Source: a virus (Duplodnaviria; Caudoviricetes). Taken from it: a stretch of 64,000 nt of DNA. Position numbers and translations under genes: made by a program. The DNA lies in IMG/VR virus record IMGVR_UViG_3300025715_000017, positions 25,718-89,717 of that record. One strand, written 5' to 3'. Positions 38,069 through 47,600 of the stretch are shown here, piece after piece (position 1 is the stretch's first letter; every line of letters begins with the position of its first letter). Under the pieces are notes generated by a model that saw nothing but the letters and a program-made list of their open reading frames with translations, ran no database searches and was not told the DNA's origin.

Positions 38069-40410
38069 GTATCACGCTTGACACAGAAACTTGTGGCTTT
38101 CATGGCCCTATTGTCTTACTTCAATGGGCAATAGACGATGAAGAAGTGCAAGTATTAGATGTTTGGCGTGTACCTGCTAAGCAAGTATTGGAAACTATAG
38201 ATTTCATCGCATCTCAAGAGATTATTGGCTTTAATCTTGCGTTTGACTGGTTTCATCTTTGCCAGTTGTACACCACTCTTAAAGTGTATCTGGATCGTTG
38301 GCCCACGTTAAAAGATCATTTAATCGATCCTGAAATGTATGCTGAATGCGAACCTTTAGGCAGAGATGCAGGTTGTTTGAAACCTAAAAATGCTTGTGAT
38401 GTCATGCTATCAGCTCGTAAAACCAAATATCAGAGTCTCATGGATAGAAAAAACATTTACATTAGAGATATTCCTGATGATCTCGTGGAATTGGTTTGCG
38501 AAGAATTAAATAATCGCTTGCCTTTCAAACCCATTTATTTTGAGAGATCGGTGAGACGTGAATCTGTTTGGCAGATACAGCCTTCCAAGAAGAGAGGTTT
38601 CAGCAATCTTTATGTGAAATTTGCCCCTTCATCACGATTAAAAGCCTTGGCAAAAGATGCCCTTGGTTTAGAAGATCCTCCATTGCTCGCGTCCTTGGCC
38701 CCTCCTATGGCACCGCTTGAATTGGGTTATGCTCCTTTCGCTCTTGCGATCAAGTCATTGCCGAAATGGAAGGGCCAAGGCGCTAAATTCTTCAGGGGAG
38801 AATGGAAAGGCTCATGGGTTGATCGTATTGAGGATTTCATTGATTATTGGGGTTTCTTTGAGCCAGCTAGAAAGTACGCTAAGGATGATGTCATTTATAC
38901 CCGCGAATTAGCCAAAAGTTTTGGTTTATGGGATGAGGATTCTGAATTGGCATGTATGGTTGGAGCAGTACGTTGGAAAGGTTTCAAAATTGATGTCGAG
39001 CAGATCAAAATACTACGTCAACGAGCTTATGATATTCAACATGATATTCCCACCAGTTTCACAGGCGTAAAACAATGGTTATCGAAAGCCATGAGTCCTG
39101 AAGAACGCTTAGGCTTGCCAGAATCCACTGGCAAAGAAGCATTGAAAGAAATAATGCAATGGGATGAAGATGCCTATGAACAGGTACAAAAGATCAATAA
39201 CAGTAACGTACCAATTAAAGAGCGTTTGGAAGCACTAGACAAAGTGGTATGGGAAGAAGAGGTTAGTAAACGCGCTTTTCTAGTTTATGAAGCAAGACAT
39301 GCACAAAAAGAAATCGAACTGTATGACAAGCTTTTAATAGCTGGGCGCTTCCATGCCTCATTTAAGATCATTGGCACATTATCTAGTCGGATGGCAGGTG
39401 CCGATAAGCTCAATGCACAAGGGATCAAGAAAGCCAAGTATGTACGAAAGGCTTTCCCATTAGCTTTCGAGGATTTCCAGTTATCAGGTGGAGACTTTTC
39501 TGCCTTTGAAGTGGCTATTGCTGATGCGGTATATGATGAACCGAAGTTACGTGAAGCTTTAACTTCAGAAACAGATTGTCCTTGGGGGCCGTGTGAACGT
39601 TGCAATTTCACAGGTAAAGAGAAAACCAAAATACATGCCGTCTTCGGGACTTTCGTATTTCCCGGCAAATCTTATGCTGATATACGAAAGTCTGAAGGAC
39701 AAGTGCCAGATTATTATACTTTAAGCAAAAGTGGCCTATTCACTTGGCTATTTGCAGGTACAGAATATGCTTTCAAGAAGAATCTAGGGATAGCGGAAGA
39801 GCAAGCTAGAAATGGTTTGCATAACTTTGAAAGGGCATTTCCAAAGATCAAAGAGGAACGAACGAAAGCAATGGAAGAATATGCAGCGATGCTACAGGAA
39901 GGAGGGGTAGGTTCAAAAATAGAATTAAGAAAGCACAAAGATCATGTAGCCACATTATTGGGATTCAAACGGTTCTTTGATCTCGAATATGCGGTTATTG
40001 AAACACTTTTCGCGATTGTTGAAAATCCGCCTAACCATTGGGATATCGAAGGATATGTGGATAGGCGGAACAGAAAACAAACAGTATTGGGCGCAGCAAG
40101 ATCAGCAATTGCAGGTTCAGCATTCTCCCTGCAAAGTAAAATTCAGCGTGTAGCCATTAACCATCCGATTCAAGGCACAGGCGCACAAATTACGAAATTA
40201 GTGCAAAGAGATATTTGGAATTTGCAACCACATGGGTATAAACCCTGGCGTGTGATACCAATGAATATCCATGATGAGATTATGTGCCCTAACACTTGTC
40301 CAGATGAAGTTGCTGATGTAGTTTCAGTAGCTATTGAGAAATATAAACAGGTTGTGCCTCTTCTAAAGATGGATTGGCAGAAGCAAATGTCCAGTTGGGC
40401 AGACAAATGA
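38065..40410 (+). CDS. polA: Family A DNA polymerase with 3'-5' exonuclease domain
   Basis: LDTET, GFNLAFD, YAKDD; TLSSRM, motif A GDFSAFE, motif B K...F...FAG, NHPIQGTGA, motif C IHDEI. Confidence 0.9.
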   Translation: MSITLDTETCGFHGPIVLLQWAIDDEEVQVLDVWRVPAKQVLETIDFIASQEIIGFNLAFDWFHLCQLYTTLKVYLDRWPTLKDHLIDPEMYAECEPLGRDAGCLKPKNACDVMLSARKTKYQSLMDRKNIYIRDIPDDLVELVCEELNNRLPFKPIYFERSVRRESVWQIQPSKKRGFSNLYVKFAPSSRLKALAKDALGLEDPPLLASLAPPMAPLELGYAPFALAIKSLPKWKGQGAKFFRGEWKGSWVDRIEDFIDYWGFFEPARKYAKDDVIYTRELAKSFGLWDEDSELACMVGAVRWKGFKIDVEQIKILRQRAYDIQHDIPTSFTGVKQWLSKAMSPEERLGLPESTGKEALKEIMQWDEDAYEQVQKINNSNVPIKERLEALDKVVWEEEVSKRAFLVYEARHAQKEIELYDKLLIAGRFHASFKIIGTLSSRMAGADKLNAQGIKKAKYVRKAFPLAFEDFQLSGGDFSAFEVAIADAVYDEPKLREALTSETDCPWGPCERCNFTGKEKTKIHAVFGTFVFPGKSYADIRKSEGQVPDYYTLSKSGLFTWLFAGTEYAFKKNLGIAEEQARNGLHNFERAFPKIKEERTKAMEEYAAMLQEGGVGSKIELRKHKDHVATLLGFKRFFDLEYAVIETLFAIVENPPNHWDIEGYVDRRNRKQTVLGAARSAIAGSAFSLQSKIQRVAINHPIQGTGAQITKLVQRDIWNLQPHGYKPWRVIPMNIHDEIMCPNTCPDEVADVVSVAIEKYKQVVPLLKMDWQKQMSSWADK

Positions 40411-40422
40411 AAGGATCATTTC

Positions 40423-40743
40423 ATGTATCGTACTGTATTTGGATGGATCAAAAAGGGCGGAAAGCCGGATGAAGCGGGATTGAAAGCACTGTATGCTTTG
40501 ATGGAGCCGACTCTGCGGACGTTGAAAATGAAACGGCTGACTACAAAGAATCTCGATGATCGTCTAGTGTCGGCATTTCCAGTGTTCTACGAGTATTTTG
40601 CACTTGTGTCAAGTCAACCCGCACAGTATTGGCAGCGCCTTGACAACAGCTTCCCTGAAAAGAAAGCTGAACGAGATATGCGAAAGAGCTTCAAGGCACT
40701 CTGGAAAGAATTGTATCCGCCCGCGCCCAAGAAAGAAAAATAA
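40423..40743 (+). CDS. Hypothetical basic protein
   Basis: AAAGGA RBS; followed by a hairpin. Confidence 0.6.
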   Translation: MYRTVFGWIKKGGKPDEAGLKALYALMEPTLRTLKMKRLTTKNLDDRLVSAFPVFYEYFALVSSQPAQYWQRLDNSFPEKKAERDMRKSFKALWKELYPPAPKKEK

Positions 40744-40753
40744 GAGCATTAAT

Positions 40754-40778
40754 GGGTAGGGGCATTATGCCCCTACCC
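40754..40778 (+). terminator. GC-rich hairpin, putative terminator
   Basis: GGGTAGGGGCA-TTA-TGCCCCTACCC, 11-bp stem; weak T tail. Confidence 0.5.
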
Positions 40779-40798
40779 TACTTAAAAAGGATGAGATC

Positions 40799-41200
40799 AT
40801 GAATTTTCTTGAAGCGCCACTTTTTGCGCATATACGTAGGCCCAGCTGGCCCGCTGGCTTTTATCTTAAATATGACCATGACGGGTATCTAGGCATGGGT
40901 GCAAAAGGGGCTTATGCTGAAGCACCAGTAAGCCTAGATGATTTAAGAGCAGATGATTGGGAAGTGCTTGTATCTAGTAAAGCATACATGCAAGAAGATG
41001 CAATAGACTGTCTAAAAAGAGGTATGCGGCTTGCATCTCCTGATCTTCCAATAGGGCACTTCATTATGAGAGTTGAAGCTACAATTCAATTTGCTGATTA
41101 TCATAGTGAGCCTAAAACAATGTATGCCATATACGATCAACAAGGTAACATTTTAGAAATACTTTTCCAATTACCGGAGCATAGGTGGGTACTGGCATGA
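40799..41200 (+). CDS. DUF2829/Tad2-like protein (tandem domains)
   Basis: MNFLEA...IRRPSW....SLDDLRADDWEVL, followed by a second degenerate copy. Confidence 0.55.
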   Translation: MNFLEAPLFAHIRRPSWPAGFYLKYDHDGYLGMGAKGAYAEAPVSLDDLRADDWEVLVSSKAYMQEDAIDCLKRGMRLASPDLPIGHFIMRVEATIQFADYHSEPKTMYAIYDQQGNILEILFQLPEHRWVLA

Positions 41201-41511
41201 AAGTCGCATATATCGCCGGATCATATAGAGCTAATACTATCATGGGCATATTGGATAATATTCACACAGCCAGCAAAGTGGCTTTGGAATACTGGAAAAA
41301 GGGGTATGCTGTCATTTGTCCACATCGTAATACCGCATTATTTGATGGTGAATGTGCCGATGTTATTTGGTTACAAGGTGATTTGGAACTTCTCAGGAGA
41401 TCAGACGTTGTAGTAATGCTACCGTTTTGGACACATTCAAAAGGGGCTATCGCAGAACACGCAGAGGCCACTAGGCACGGCAAGGAGATTATTTATCATG
41501 AAGATCATTGA
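41197..41511 (+). CDS. Nucleoside 2-deoxyribosyltransferase-like (DUF4406/DUF1937-like) protein
   Basis: YIAGSY, VICPH, DLELLRRSDVVVMLP.W..SKGA.AE. Confidence 0.75.
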   Translation: MKVAYIAGSYRANTIMGILDNIHTASKVALEYWKKGYAVICPHRNTALFDGECADVIWLQGDLELLRRSDVVVMLPFWTHSKGAIAEHAEATRHGKEIIYHEDH

Positions 41512-41887
41512 GGCGCTAAAACGATACCCGTATGTTACCAGAAAAGCTTGGACTGACGGCATGTATGTGTGTGCTGATAAAAACTTGGCAATTGTTTGTA
41601 AGCTTGACGACACTACTATGCCTTTGTTCTATCAAGATTGTCTTGCAGAAGATTGGGAAGAGGCATTTCCGTTTTTAAGAAACCCAAAGCAAGCAGTACA
41701 AAATGGTTGTAGGATCACTCGTGAAGATTTAGATGGCTATATAACCGCTGAAAAAACATCTATACAAGTTCAAACACAAGATGGTTTTCATCTTACACGC
41801 AATTGGGTTTACTTTAGTTGGTGTGGCGATCAACTGATTGATATTGCTTTCACTCTTGAGGATGATGGGAAGTGGAAACTATGCTAA
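41498..41887 (+). CDS. DUF2829/Tad2-like protein (tandem domains)
   Basis: EALK...VTRKAW..GMYV....[11 protein letters not shown], followed by a second degenerate copy. Confidence 0.55.
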   Translation: MKIIEALKRYPYVTRKAWTDGMYVCADKNLAIVCKLDDTTMPLFYQDCLAEDWEEAFPFLRNPKQAVQNGCRITREDLDGYITAEKTSIQVQTQDGFHLTRNWVYFSWCGDQLIDIAFTLEDDGKWKLC

Positions 41888-42681
41888 TACAGGGCGACAC
41901 ATTAGTAGAGTTGAAAAAACTATCCAGCAAAATCATACAATGCTGTGTTACTTCCCCACCATATTGGCAACAACGCGATTATGGGCATATCGGGCAGTTA
42001 GGACAAGAAGAATTACCTGAACAGTACATTAATGCAATTGTCAAAATTGGAATGCAAATATACCGTGTGCTTAGAGATGATGGTATATTCTGGTTGAATA
42101 TTGGGGATTCACATTTACAACGAGATTTTGGTGTTTTCAAGAAAGGTAATCTTGCAGGTATACCTTGGCTTGTAGCTTTTCGTTTGCAGCAATTAGGTTG
42201 GCATTTGATCCAAGATGTGATTTGGCATAAAACAAATGCCATGCCTATGGCTCTCACGAAAAGATGTGTACCAGCGCATGAATATATTTTTATGTTTACG
42301 AAAACTCGAAATTACTATTTCGATCATAATGCTATTCAAACGAAATCTACTGGATCAGGTAATTATGCGCTATATGGTGGTAATAAGTATCGTGATGGTG
42401 GTACATATACCGGTAAAATGTATGTGGACTCAGGTAAAGCCAATAAGCGAGATGTATGGTCCATGGCCTCTGCGGGGTATAGAGGGTCGCATTGCGCTCC
42501 GTTTCCAGAAGAATTACCTAGAACATGCATACTGGCAAGCACCAAAGAAGGTGATACTGTGCTTGATCCTTTCGTTGGATCAGGTACAACTGCTGTCGTG
42601 GCACAATCTCTTGGCAGGAAGTGGATCGGCATTGACTTGGATACTACAGAAGCAGAAAGTCGTATTCATGGACTCTTATAA
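41881..42681 (+). CDS. DNA amino-methyltransferase, beta class (N4-C/N6-A)
   Basis: VTSPPY, IWHK, HEYIFMF, APFP, VLDPF.GSGTT. Confidence 0.9.
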   Translation: MLIQGDTLVELKKLSSKIIQCCVTSPPYWQQRDYGHIGQLGQEELPEQYINAIVKIGMQIYRVLRDDGIFWLNIGDSHLQRDFGVFKKGNLAGIPWLVAFRLQQLGWHLIQDVIWHKTNAMPMALTKRCVPAHEYIFMFTKTRNYYFDHNAIQTKSTGSGNYALYGGNKYRDGGTYTGKMYVDSGKANKRDVWSMASAGYRGSHCAPFPEELPRTCILASTKEGDTVLDPFVGSGTTAVVAQSLGRKWIGIDLDTTEAESRIHGLL

Positions 42682-43006
42682 AAAACGTGATAACCCCGAA
42701 CACAGAATACAAAAGGCTATAATTGCCTATCTCAAGGCCCGTGATTGGGATGTCATGGTTACACATGGTAATATGTATCAACAAGGATTTCCTGATCTTT
42801 ATGCTATCCATTATATACATGGGACGAAATGGATTGAAGTCAAAAACCCCTTGAAATTTTCATTCACACCCGCGCAGCGTAGATTCTTTCCATTAATAAC
42901 TGGTGCGGGTACAGGGATTTGGATTCTCACAGGCGCAACTGATGAAGAATATGATAAACTATTTAAATATGAATTGGGTAATTGGCATGTTTATATGTTA
43001 CGTTGA
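42668..43006 (+). CDS. VRR-NUC domain nuclease (Holliday-junction-resolvase-like)
   Basis: EHRIQKAI...GFPDL...WIEVK...TPAQ. Confidence 0.85.
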   Translation: MDSYKKRDNPEHRIQKAIIAYLKARDWDVMVTHGNMYQQGFPDLYAIHYIHGTKWIEVKNPLKFSFTPAQRRFFPLITGAGTGIWILTGATDEEYDKLFKYELGNWHVYMLR

Positions 43007-43093
43007 TCCTCGCATCAAGAGGTGTGGACACTTCCATCCCTACCCTCCAAAAAGCCCTACCATGCCTCTTGATGCACTTTCAAAGGAGTCCAC

Positions 43094-43408
43094 ATGAGAG
43101 CGAAAGAATTTATCCGTTACGTGAAAGAGGCACCAACAGATGCCGAAAAGATGAATCGACTAGCGACATTAAATGAATCTCTAGTGAAGCATGTTGAGAC
43201 GGCCGCCGAAAAAAGAAAATGTACCTCTCATGCCGCTTTCGCTGCCCTTTTGAAAGAGGCAGATGAGATCAAAGAAAGAGTATTTAAAGAATTTCATTTA
43301 CCAGTAACTAGTAAATTTTCTCACGAGTATACGGATGCTCTTCGTGATTCTGTGGACTTTCCCGATCTTGTGAAAATACTAGATCACTTACAGAAAGGTT
43401 CTTCATGA
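43094..43408 (+). CDS. Hypothetical protein
   Basis: AAGGAG RBS; overlaps the next gene. Confidence 0.6.
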   Translation: MRAKEFIRYVKEAPTDAEKMNRLATLNESLVKHVETAAEKRKCTSHAAFAALLKEADEIKERVFKEFHLPVTSKFSHEYTDALRDSVDFPDLVKILDHLQKGSS

Positions 43409-43896
43409 TTATTGGTATCAGTGGTAATAATGGATCAGGTAAAGATACATTTGGTATGCTTTTGCAAGCGGAATGTGAACGTGCTGGCAAGGATGTGAAA
43501 CGGGTTGCTTTTGCAGATGCTTTATATTTCATTGCTTCCTATTTATATGGCACGAAAACTAAAAAGTATTATGATGCTAATCCTGAACATAAAAATGACA
43601 TTGTTTTCGATGAGATTACTGTTCGTGACCTTTTAATTAAAATAGGCGCATGTATGCGTGACATACGCGCAAGCACGTGGGTTGACTTAGTTAAAGAACT
43701 AGATCACGAAGTAATTATAGTTACAGATGTACGATTTGACAATGAGTCTGCTATTTGTGATGCCATATTTCAAGTGACACGCGAAGGGCAGGATGAGAAT
43801 GTAGGTCAATGTTTTGGTGAAGTCATTGAAAATAATGGGACAATAGATGAACTTGCTGAGAAAGCCAAAGAGGTATACAATGGATTGTTTAGCTAG
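43405..43896 (+). CDS. Deoxynucleoside monophosphate kinase
   Basis: IIGISG..GSGKDT, FADAL, R.LL..IG..R, VTDVRF.NE. Confidence 0.85.
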   Translation: MIIGISGNNGSGKDTFGMLLQAECERAGKDVKRVAFADALYFIASYLYGTKTKKYYDANPEHKNDIVFDEITVRDLLIKIGACMRDIRASTWVDLVKELDHEVIIVTDVRFDNESAICDAIFQVTREGQDENVGQCFGEVIENNGTIDELAEKAKEVYNGLFS

Positions 43897-44293
43897 AGCC
43901 TTTGCACATGCAACGCATACCAGTTATGATAAATTGGTGCGAGCAATAGATCACCCTGCGCCTTATCATATTCAGGAGATTATTGAAGTATTAAGTCGCA
44001 CTTTTAGCATTACAGAAGTTTCTTGTAATGATATTGACCCTACTTGTCCATATACTTCAGATAGATTAGGGGCATGGCTATCAGAATATTCTGGGGTAGT
44101 AGCCTACTGGACAAGAAAAGATTTTCAAGAGTGTCCTACTTGCGGTGCGGTATCATTTGAAAATGCTGCAATGCACGCAGTAGCGTATAATCATAAGAAT
44201 AAAACGATTCAAGAATCTGACGGTTCTTATAGTATACCGCGAAATGATTACACTATTTTTTGGATTATTCAACCTCGTCCTTTCGTGACTTGA
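43877..44293 (+). CDS. Hypothetical protein
   Basis: MDCLARAFAHAT...; stop codon lies in the -35 box of the downstream promoter. Confidence 0.5.
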   Translation, partial: TMDCLARAFAHATHTSYDKLVRAIDHPAPYHIQEIIEVLSRTFSITEVSCNDIDPTCPYTSDRLGAWLSEYSGVVAYWTRKDFQECPTCGAVSFENAAMHAVAYNHKNKTIQESDGSYSIPRNDYTIFWIIQPRPFVT

Positions 44294-44318
44294 CTTTTCA
44301 AATTTTTTATGCTATAAT
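44290..44318 (+). promoter_or_regulatory. Consensus sigma70-type promoter upstream of the sigma-like gene
   Basis: TTGACT-N17-TATAAT with extended TG. Confidence 0.85.
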
Positions 44319-44343
44319 AACAGCATAATTTGATTTTCCAAGT

Positions 44344-44392
44344 TTCTGATGGCAGACTTTTCTGATGGCAGAATTTTCTGATGGCAGACTTT
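44344..44392. promoter_or_regulatory. Three tandem 16-bp repeats (TCTGATGGCAGACTTT) carrying the CAGAAWWTTCTG palindrome
   Basis: CAGACTTTTCTG at 44353, CAGAATTTTCTG at 44369, half site at 44385. Confidence 0.75.
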
Positions 44393-44409
44393 AACAATGG
44401 AGGTTTGAA

Positions 44410-44997
44410 ATGGACGAAACTGTTAATAATGCGATTTTGGAGTATCGTTTGCTGGCAATTAATTATGCCAAGCGGTTCTCACGCAGTCTACTACACATGC
44501 GTGGGGATATGATCTCAGAGGCTCTACTAACTTTAACTATTGCAGCACATGAGCATCTGGATCACCCTAATTTTGAAGCATATTTACGTGTACGTTTACG
44601 CGGTGCTTTATTAGACATGTTGCGACGTCGTGAGAACAATGTTCCTTATGATGACATATCTTCATGCAATGATAATTACATGGACATGTATATGCGTGAA
44701 ATTGCAGCTTTGCAGTTTTTCAATCTCGAAGAATTACAGATAATCAAGATGCGTATAGATGGCTATACGGATCAAGAAATAGCTGAATCATTTGGTGTAT
44801 GGCCTTCGGCAATTAGGAAACGCCGTGTGGCAATATGCCAGAAAATTCTAACACAAGGAGAACAGTATGGATTTAACAGATGCAAAGAAAGCCTTCTTTC
44901 GAGAAAGCGCAGCAGTCGTCAATCAAGCGGACGGAATCCGTTTGGGCATACAAGTGATACAAGCACAGGATCAATTAATAAGGAAATTGCAAGATGA
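44410..44997 (+). CDS. Sigma70-family RNA polymerase sigma-like factor
   Basis: Region 2-like DMISEALLTL...FEAYLRVRLRGALLDMLRR; region 4 HTH YTDQEIAESFGV; GGAGG RBS. Confidence 0.75.
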   Translation: MDETVNNAILEYRLLAINYAKRFSRSLLHMRGDMISEALLTLTIAAHEHLDHPNFEAYLRVRLRGALLDMLRRRENNVPYDDISSCNDNYMDMYMREIAALQFFNLEELQIIKMRIDGYTDQEIAESFGVWPSAIRKRRVAICQKILTQGEQYGFNRCKESLLSRKRSSRQSSGRNPFGHTSDTSTGSINKEIAR

Positions 44998-45338
44998 ATT
45001 GGAAGGATACAAACGAAATAGCCAAGGCGATGCAAGTAACTCCAAGTCGGGTAAAGAAATGGAAAAGCCAACAATCAACCCCATCCTTGGCTGAAAGATT
45101 AATGCTTGGTGCGTTTCATGACTGTGATCCCGATGAGTTTATTAAACCAAAACTCATTAAGATGCGGAAAGTAGGCGATTTATGGAAAGCTAGCGTGTAT
45201 GGCTACAAAATATCTTTTACAAAAGGCATGGGCGCAATAGACGGTAAAGTTTTTGAAGGTAAGAAGTACCACCAAGAAATGGAAGAATATTTGAGGATCG
45301 CGTGTGGGCAAAAAATATTTATAGGTGTCGGCCTATGA
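44994..45338 (+). CDS. XRE/Cro-like HTH protein
   Basis: TNEIAKAMQVTPSRVKKWKS..STPS. Confidence 0.65.
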   Translation: MNWKDTNEIAKAMQVTPSRVKKWKSQQSTPSLAERLMLGAFHDCDPDEFIKPKLIKMRKVGDLWKASVYGYKISFTKGMGAIDGKVFEGKKYHQEMEEYLRIACGQKIFIGVGL

Positions 45339-45832
45339 ATGTGCTTATTGAATTTAACCTCATTTATCAGGTACGTGAACAATTTTTGAGATTTTGTGAA
45401 CTTGATGATCTCGAATGGCCTAAAGGTGAACCTGATTATTTCAAAGTCACGGGGTATGATCTTACGGAAGTACCTATTGATTTTTGGTATACGTTAAAAG
45501 CAACACCAGAAGCTGGCTCATTGATAAAAGCATTGGGCATGTTTGGAGGCTGCGTAAGCTCCACGATATGCACAATGACAGAGGCTATTAGTAAGTTTGA
45601 GATTTTCCACTCCATTGTTAGTTTCTGTGTACCTTTCATCCCTATACAGGGTATATTGAAAGCTGAGATGTTTCCGTCTAGTTTGACATTAATAGATGAT
45701 TCAGATGAAGAAATCGAAGCATGGAAAGGCCCAAAGCTTTTGATTCCCAAACCGTGGAATAGTGGAGTTGGTGATCCACAGGAGATGTTACATGAATTTC
45801 TTTCTCATGAAGGCCCAGCGCTTAAATCCTAA
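45335..45832 (+). CDS. HAD-superfamily 5'(3')-deoxyribonucleotidase-like protein, first motif degenerate
   Basis: FW..L..TPEA, LIDDS, IL.P.PWN-like LLIPKPWN; motif I reads IEFNLI. Confidence 0.55.
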   Translation: MNVLIEFNLIYQVREQFLRFCELDDLEWPKGEPDYFKVTGYDLTEVPIDFWYTLKATPEAGSLIKALGMFGGCVSSTICTMTEAISKFEIFHSIVSFCVPFIPIQGILKAEMFPSSLTLIDDSDEEIEAWKGPKLLIPKPWNSGVGDPQEMLHEFLSHEGPALKS

Positions 45833-46712
45833 AAGACTCATACCAGGAGTTACGAAATGGTCAATTAAGCTAGATGGCATGAGGGCTTTTTGGGACGGCG
45901 GGATCACTCGCGGTCGTACAGATGTACCTTTTGCAATGCATCAGAAGGCCACTGGCTTGTGGTCTATTAATGCCAAGGTCATCCACGCACCTGATTGGTG
46001 GCTAGATACTTTGCCTCAAGATATTTTCTTGGATGGTGAATTGTGGGCAGGTATTGGGCAATTCCAAAATGTCATGTCAATCTGTAAAAGGCATACACCA
46101 GATGAACGGTGGCTAAATATTCAGTTTCGAGTATTTGAATCACTTGTACCGAGAATTGTATATACTCCAAGAGTAATAGATCAACCCACGTGTTCTTTGA
46201 CAATAGATCATACTGTGCGTGATTACATGAAGAATCTTTGTCCCAATTGGGAAGTTGCTCCTGAAGTGAAAACAATAGAACAAAATGTCTTCACTTCTCT
46301 TGAAGATATACCTTTAGATGCATTATTGCTTGAGGGGCATGAAGGAATCATGTTCAGAAACCCCTCGAAATGGGAACCCACGAGATCATGGGGTATCATG
46401 AAACTGAAACCCTTTCTTGATGATGAAGCCAAAGTCATTGGGTATACTGGCGGTGATAAGGGTTTCACCGGAAAAATAGGTGCATTGATTGTCAACTGGA
46501 ATAACAAGTGGTTCAAAATATCATCGGGTTTGGATTACACAGATCGTGAAACTAATGACCCAGAAGAATGTGCAAAATATAGTGGAAAGGTATTGCCTAT
46601 GCATATTGAATCTTTAACTATTCCAAGAGATGCCATCATTACGTTCAAATATCGTGAACTAACTGATGAGGGTACACCAAAAGAAGCAAGATATTGGAGA
46701 AAAAGAATATGA
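45792..46712 (+). CDS. ATP-dependent DNA ligase (phage type)
   Basis: KLDGMRA, LDGELW, EGIMFR, MKLKP, GALIV; AGGAG RBS before 45792. Confidence 0.9.
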   Translation: MNFFLMKAQRLNPKRLIPGVTKWSIKLDGMRAFWDGGITRGRTDVPFAMHQKATGLWSINAKVIHAPDWWLDTLPQDIFLDGELWAGIGQFQNVMSICKRHTPDERWLNIQFRVFESLVPRIVYTPRVIDQPTCSLTIDHTVRDYMKNLCPNWEVAPEVKTIEQNVFTSLEDIPLDALLLEGHEGIMFRNPSKWEPTRSWGIMKLKPFLDDEAKVIGYTGGDKGFTGKIGALIVNWNNKWFKISSGLDYTDRETNDPEECAKYSGKVLPMHIESLTIPRDAIITFKYRELTDEGTPKEARYWRKRI

Positions 46713-46852
46713 CAGTTTTACAAGAAGACCTCATCACCGGGATAAGCTATATATTTTGTATTTGTGCAACGGAGGCCCTTGCCGAGACTTTTCAAAATAA
46801 CAATGATCCCTATCATGCTTACGTGATAGAAGAATGGGATGTTGAAACATGA
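46709..46852 (+). CDS. Small hypothetical protein (47 aa; not in the ORF track)
   Basis: ATGA overlaps at both ends; MTVLQEDLITGISYIFCICATEALAE. Confidence 0.6.
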   Translation: MTVLQEDLITGISYIFCICATEALAETFQNNNDPYHAYVIEEWDVET

Positions 46853-47184
46853 CTAAAAATGACCTAACGAACGGTATGGTGGTTGTAACATTGAATCGCA
46901 TCAAGTATTTAGTCTGTAAGACAGATAAAATATTCAGATTCATAGGCTTAGAGCGTGCTATTGATAGTAGTTGCTTTAGTGATGATTTACTACACCATGC
47001 AACTGGCGATTACGATATTATGGAAGTATATGAGCTTTCAAATAAATATACTCATCCACTTTCAATTATACTTAATTATGTTGAAGATTCTTGTTTATGC
47101 ATTTGGGAAAGGAAAGAAGTTAAAGAGATGACAGTGGCGGAAATTTCTGAAGCATTGGGCTATGAAGTGAAAGTGGTGAGATGA
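46849..47184 (+). CDS. Phage-type hypothetical protein
   Basis: MTKNDL.NGMVV...DIMEVY...WER.EVKEMTVAEI..ALGY.VK pattern. Confidence 0.65.
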   Translation: MTKNDLTNGMVVVTLNRIKYLVCKTDKIFRFIGLERAIDSSCFSDDLLHHATGDYDIMEVYELSNKYTHPLSIILNYVEDSCLCIWERKEVKEMTVAEISEALGYEVKVVR

Positions 47185-47600
47185 TTTATGCATGGAAAAG
47201 TTTACCCTATTTCATGCATTTTGGATACGGTGACAACCGACCCATTGAAATAGGCACAATTTATGAAGTTAGTTACCCCGCAATAGTTTGCGATTGGGGA
47301 TTTCATGCTTCTATTAAAGCCATTGATATGCTGACATGGGCACAAAGTGACATTGTTGCACGAGTTAAATGCTCAGGGCATATTGATTTCGGTGCTGATA
47401 AGCTTGCTTGCACAAAAATACAATGTACACACATATTTAATGCTAGGGCAGCATTTTCAAAATATGCAAATTTTGAAACTTACTTGCCTTTCGCTTTCAG
47501 AGAAGCTAAAGCGTATGCTTACAGGAACCGTTTACGGGATGAAGATCGCTTAGTACGATTATTAAGAAAGGATATGCGATGCTCACAAAAGAACAAATGA
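47181..47600 (+). CDS. Phage-type hypothetical protein
   Basis: YEV..P..C.WGFHAS....D.L...RV..SG pattern. Confidence 0.6.
   Translation: MIYAWKSLPYFMHFGYGDNRPIEIGTIYEVSYPAIVCDWGFHASIKAIDMLTWAQSDIVARVKCSGHIDFGADKLACTKIQCTHIFNARAAFSKYANFETYLPFAFREAKAYAYRNRLRDEDRLVRLLRKDMRCSQKNK

Noticed and set aside
28751-40410. Inteins or group I introns in primase, helicase or PolA
   Set aside because: Sizes are ordinary, and I saw no intein splice motifs or homing-endonuclease signatures; the inserts are short Cys-rich fingers.
762-42632. Numerous short opposite-strand ORFs nested in long genes (e.g. 1472-1801, 27964-28332, 39285-39668)
   Set aside because: Fully overlapped by well-supported genes, with no motifs or RBS; treated as shadow ORFs.
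46709-46852. Apparent intergenic gap or frameshift after the ligase
   Set aside because: On recount it is an intact 47-aa ORF with ATGA overlaps, below the ORF-track cutoff.
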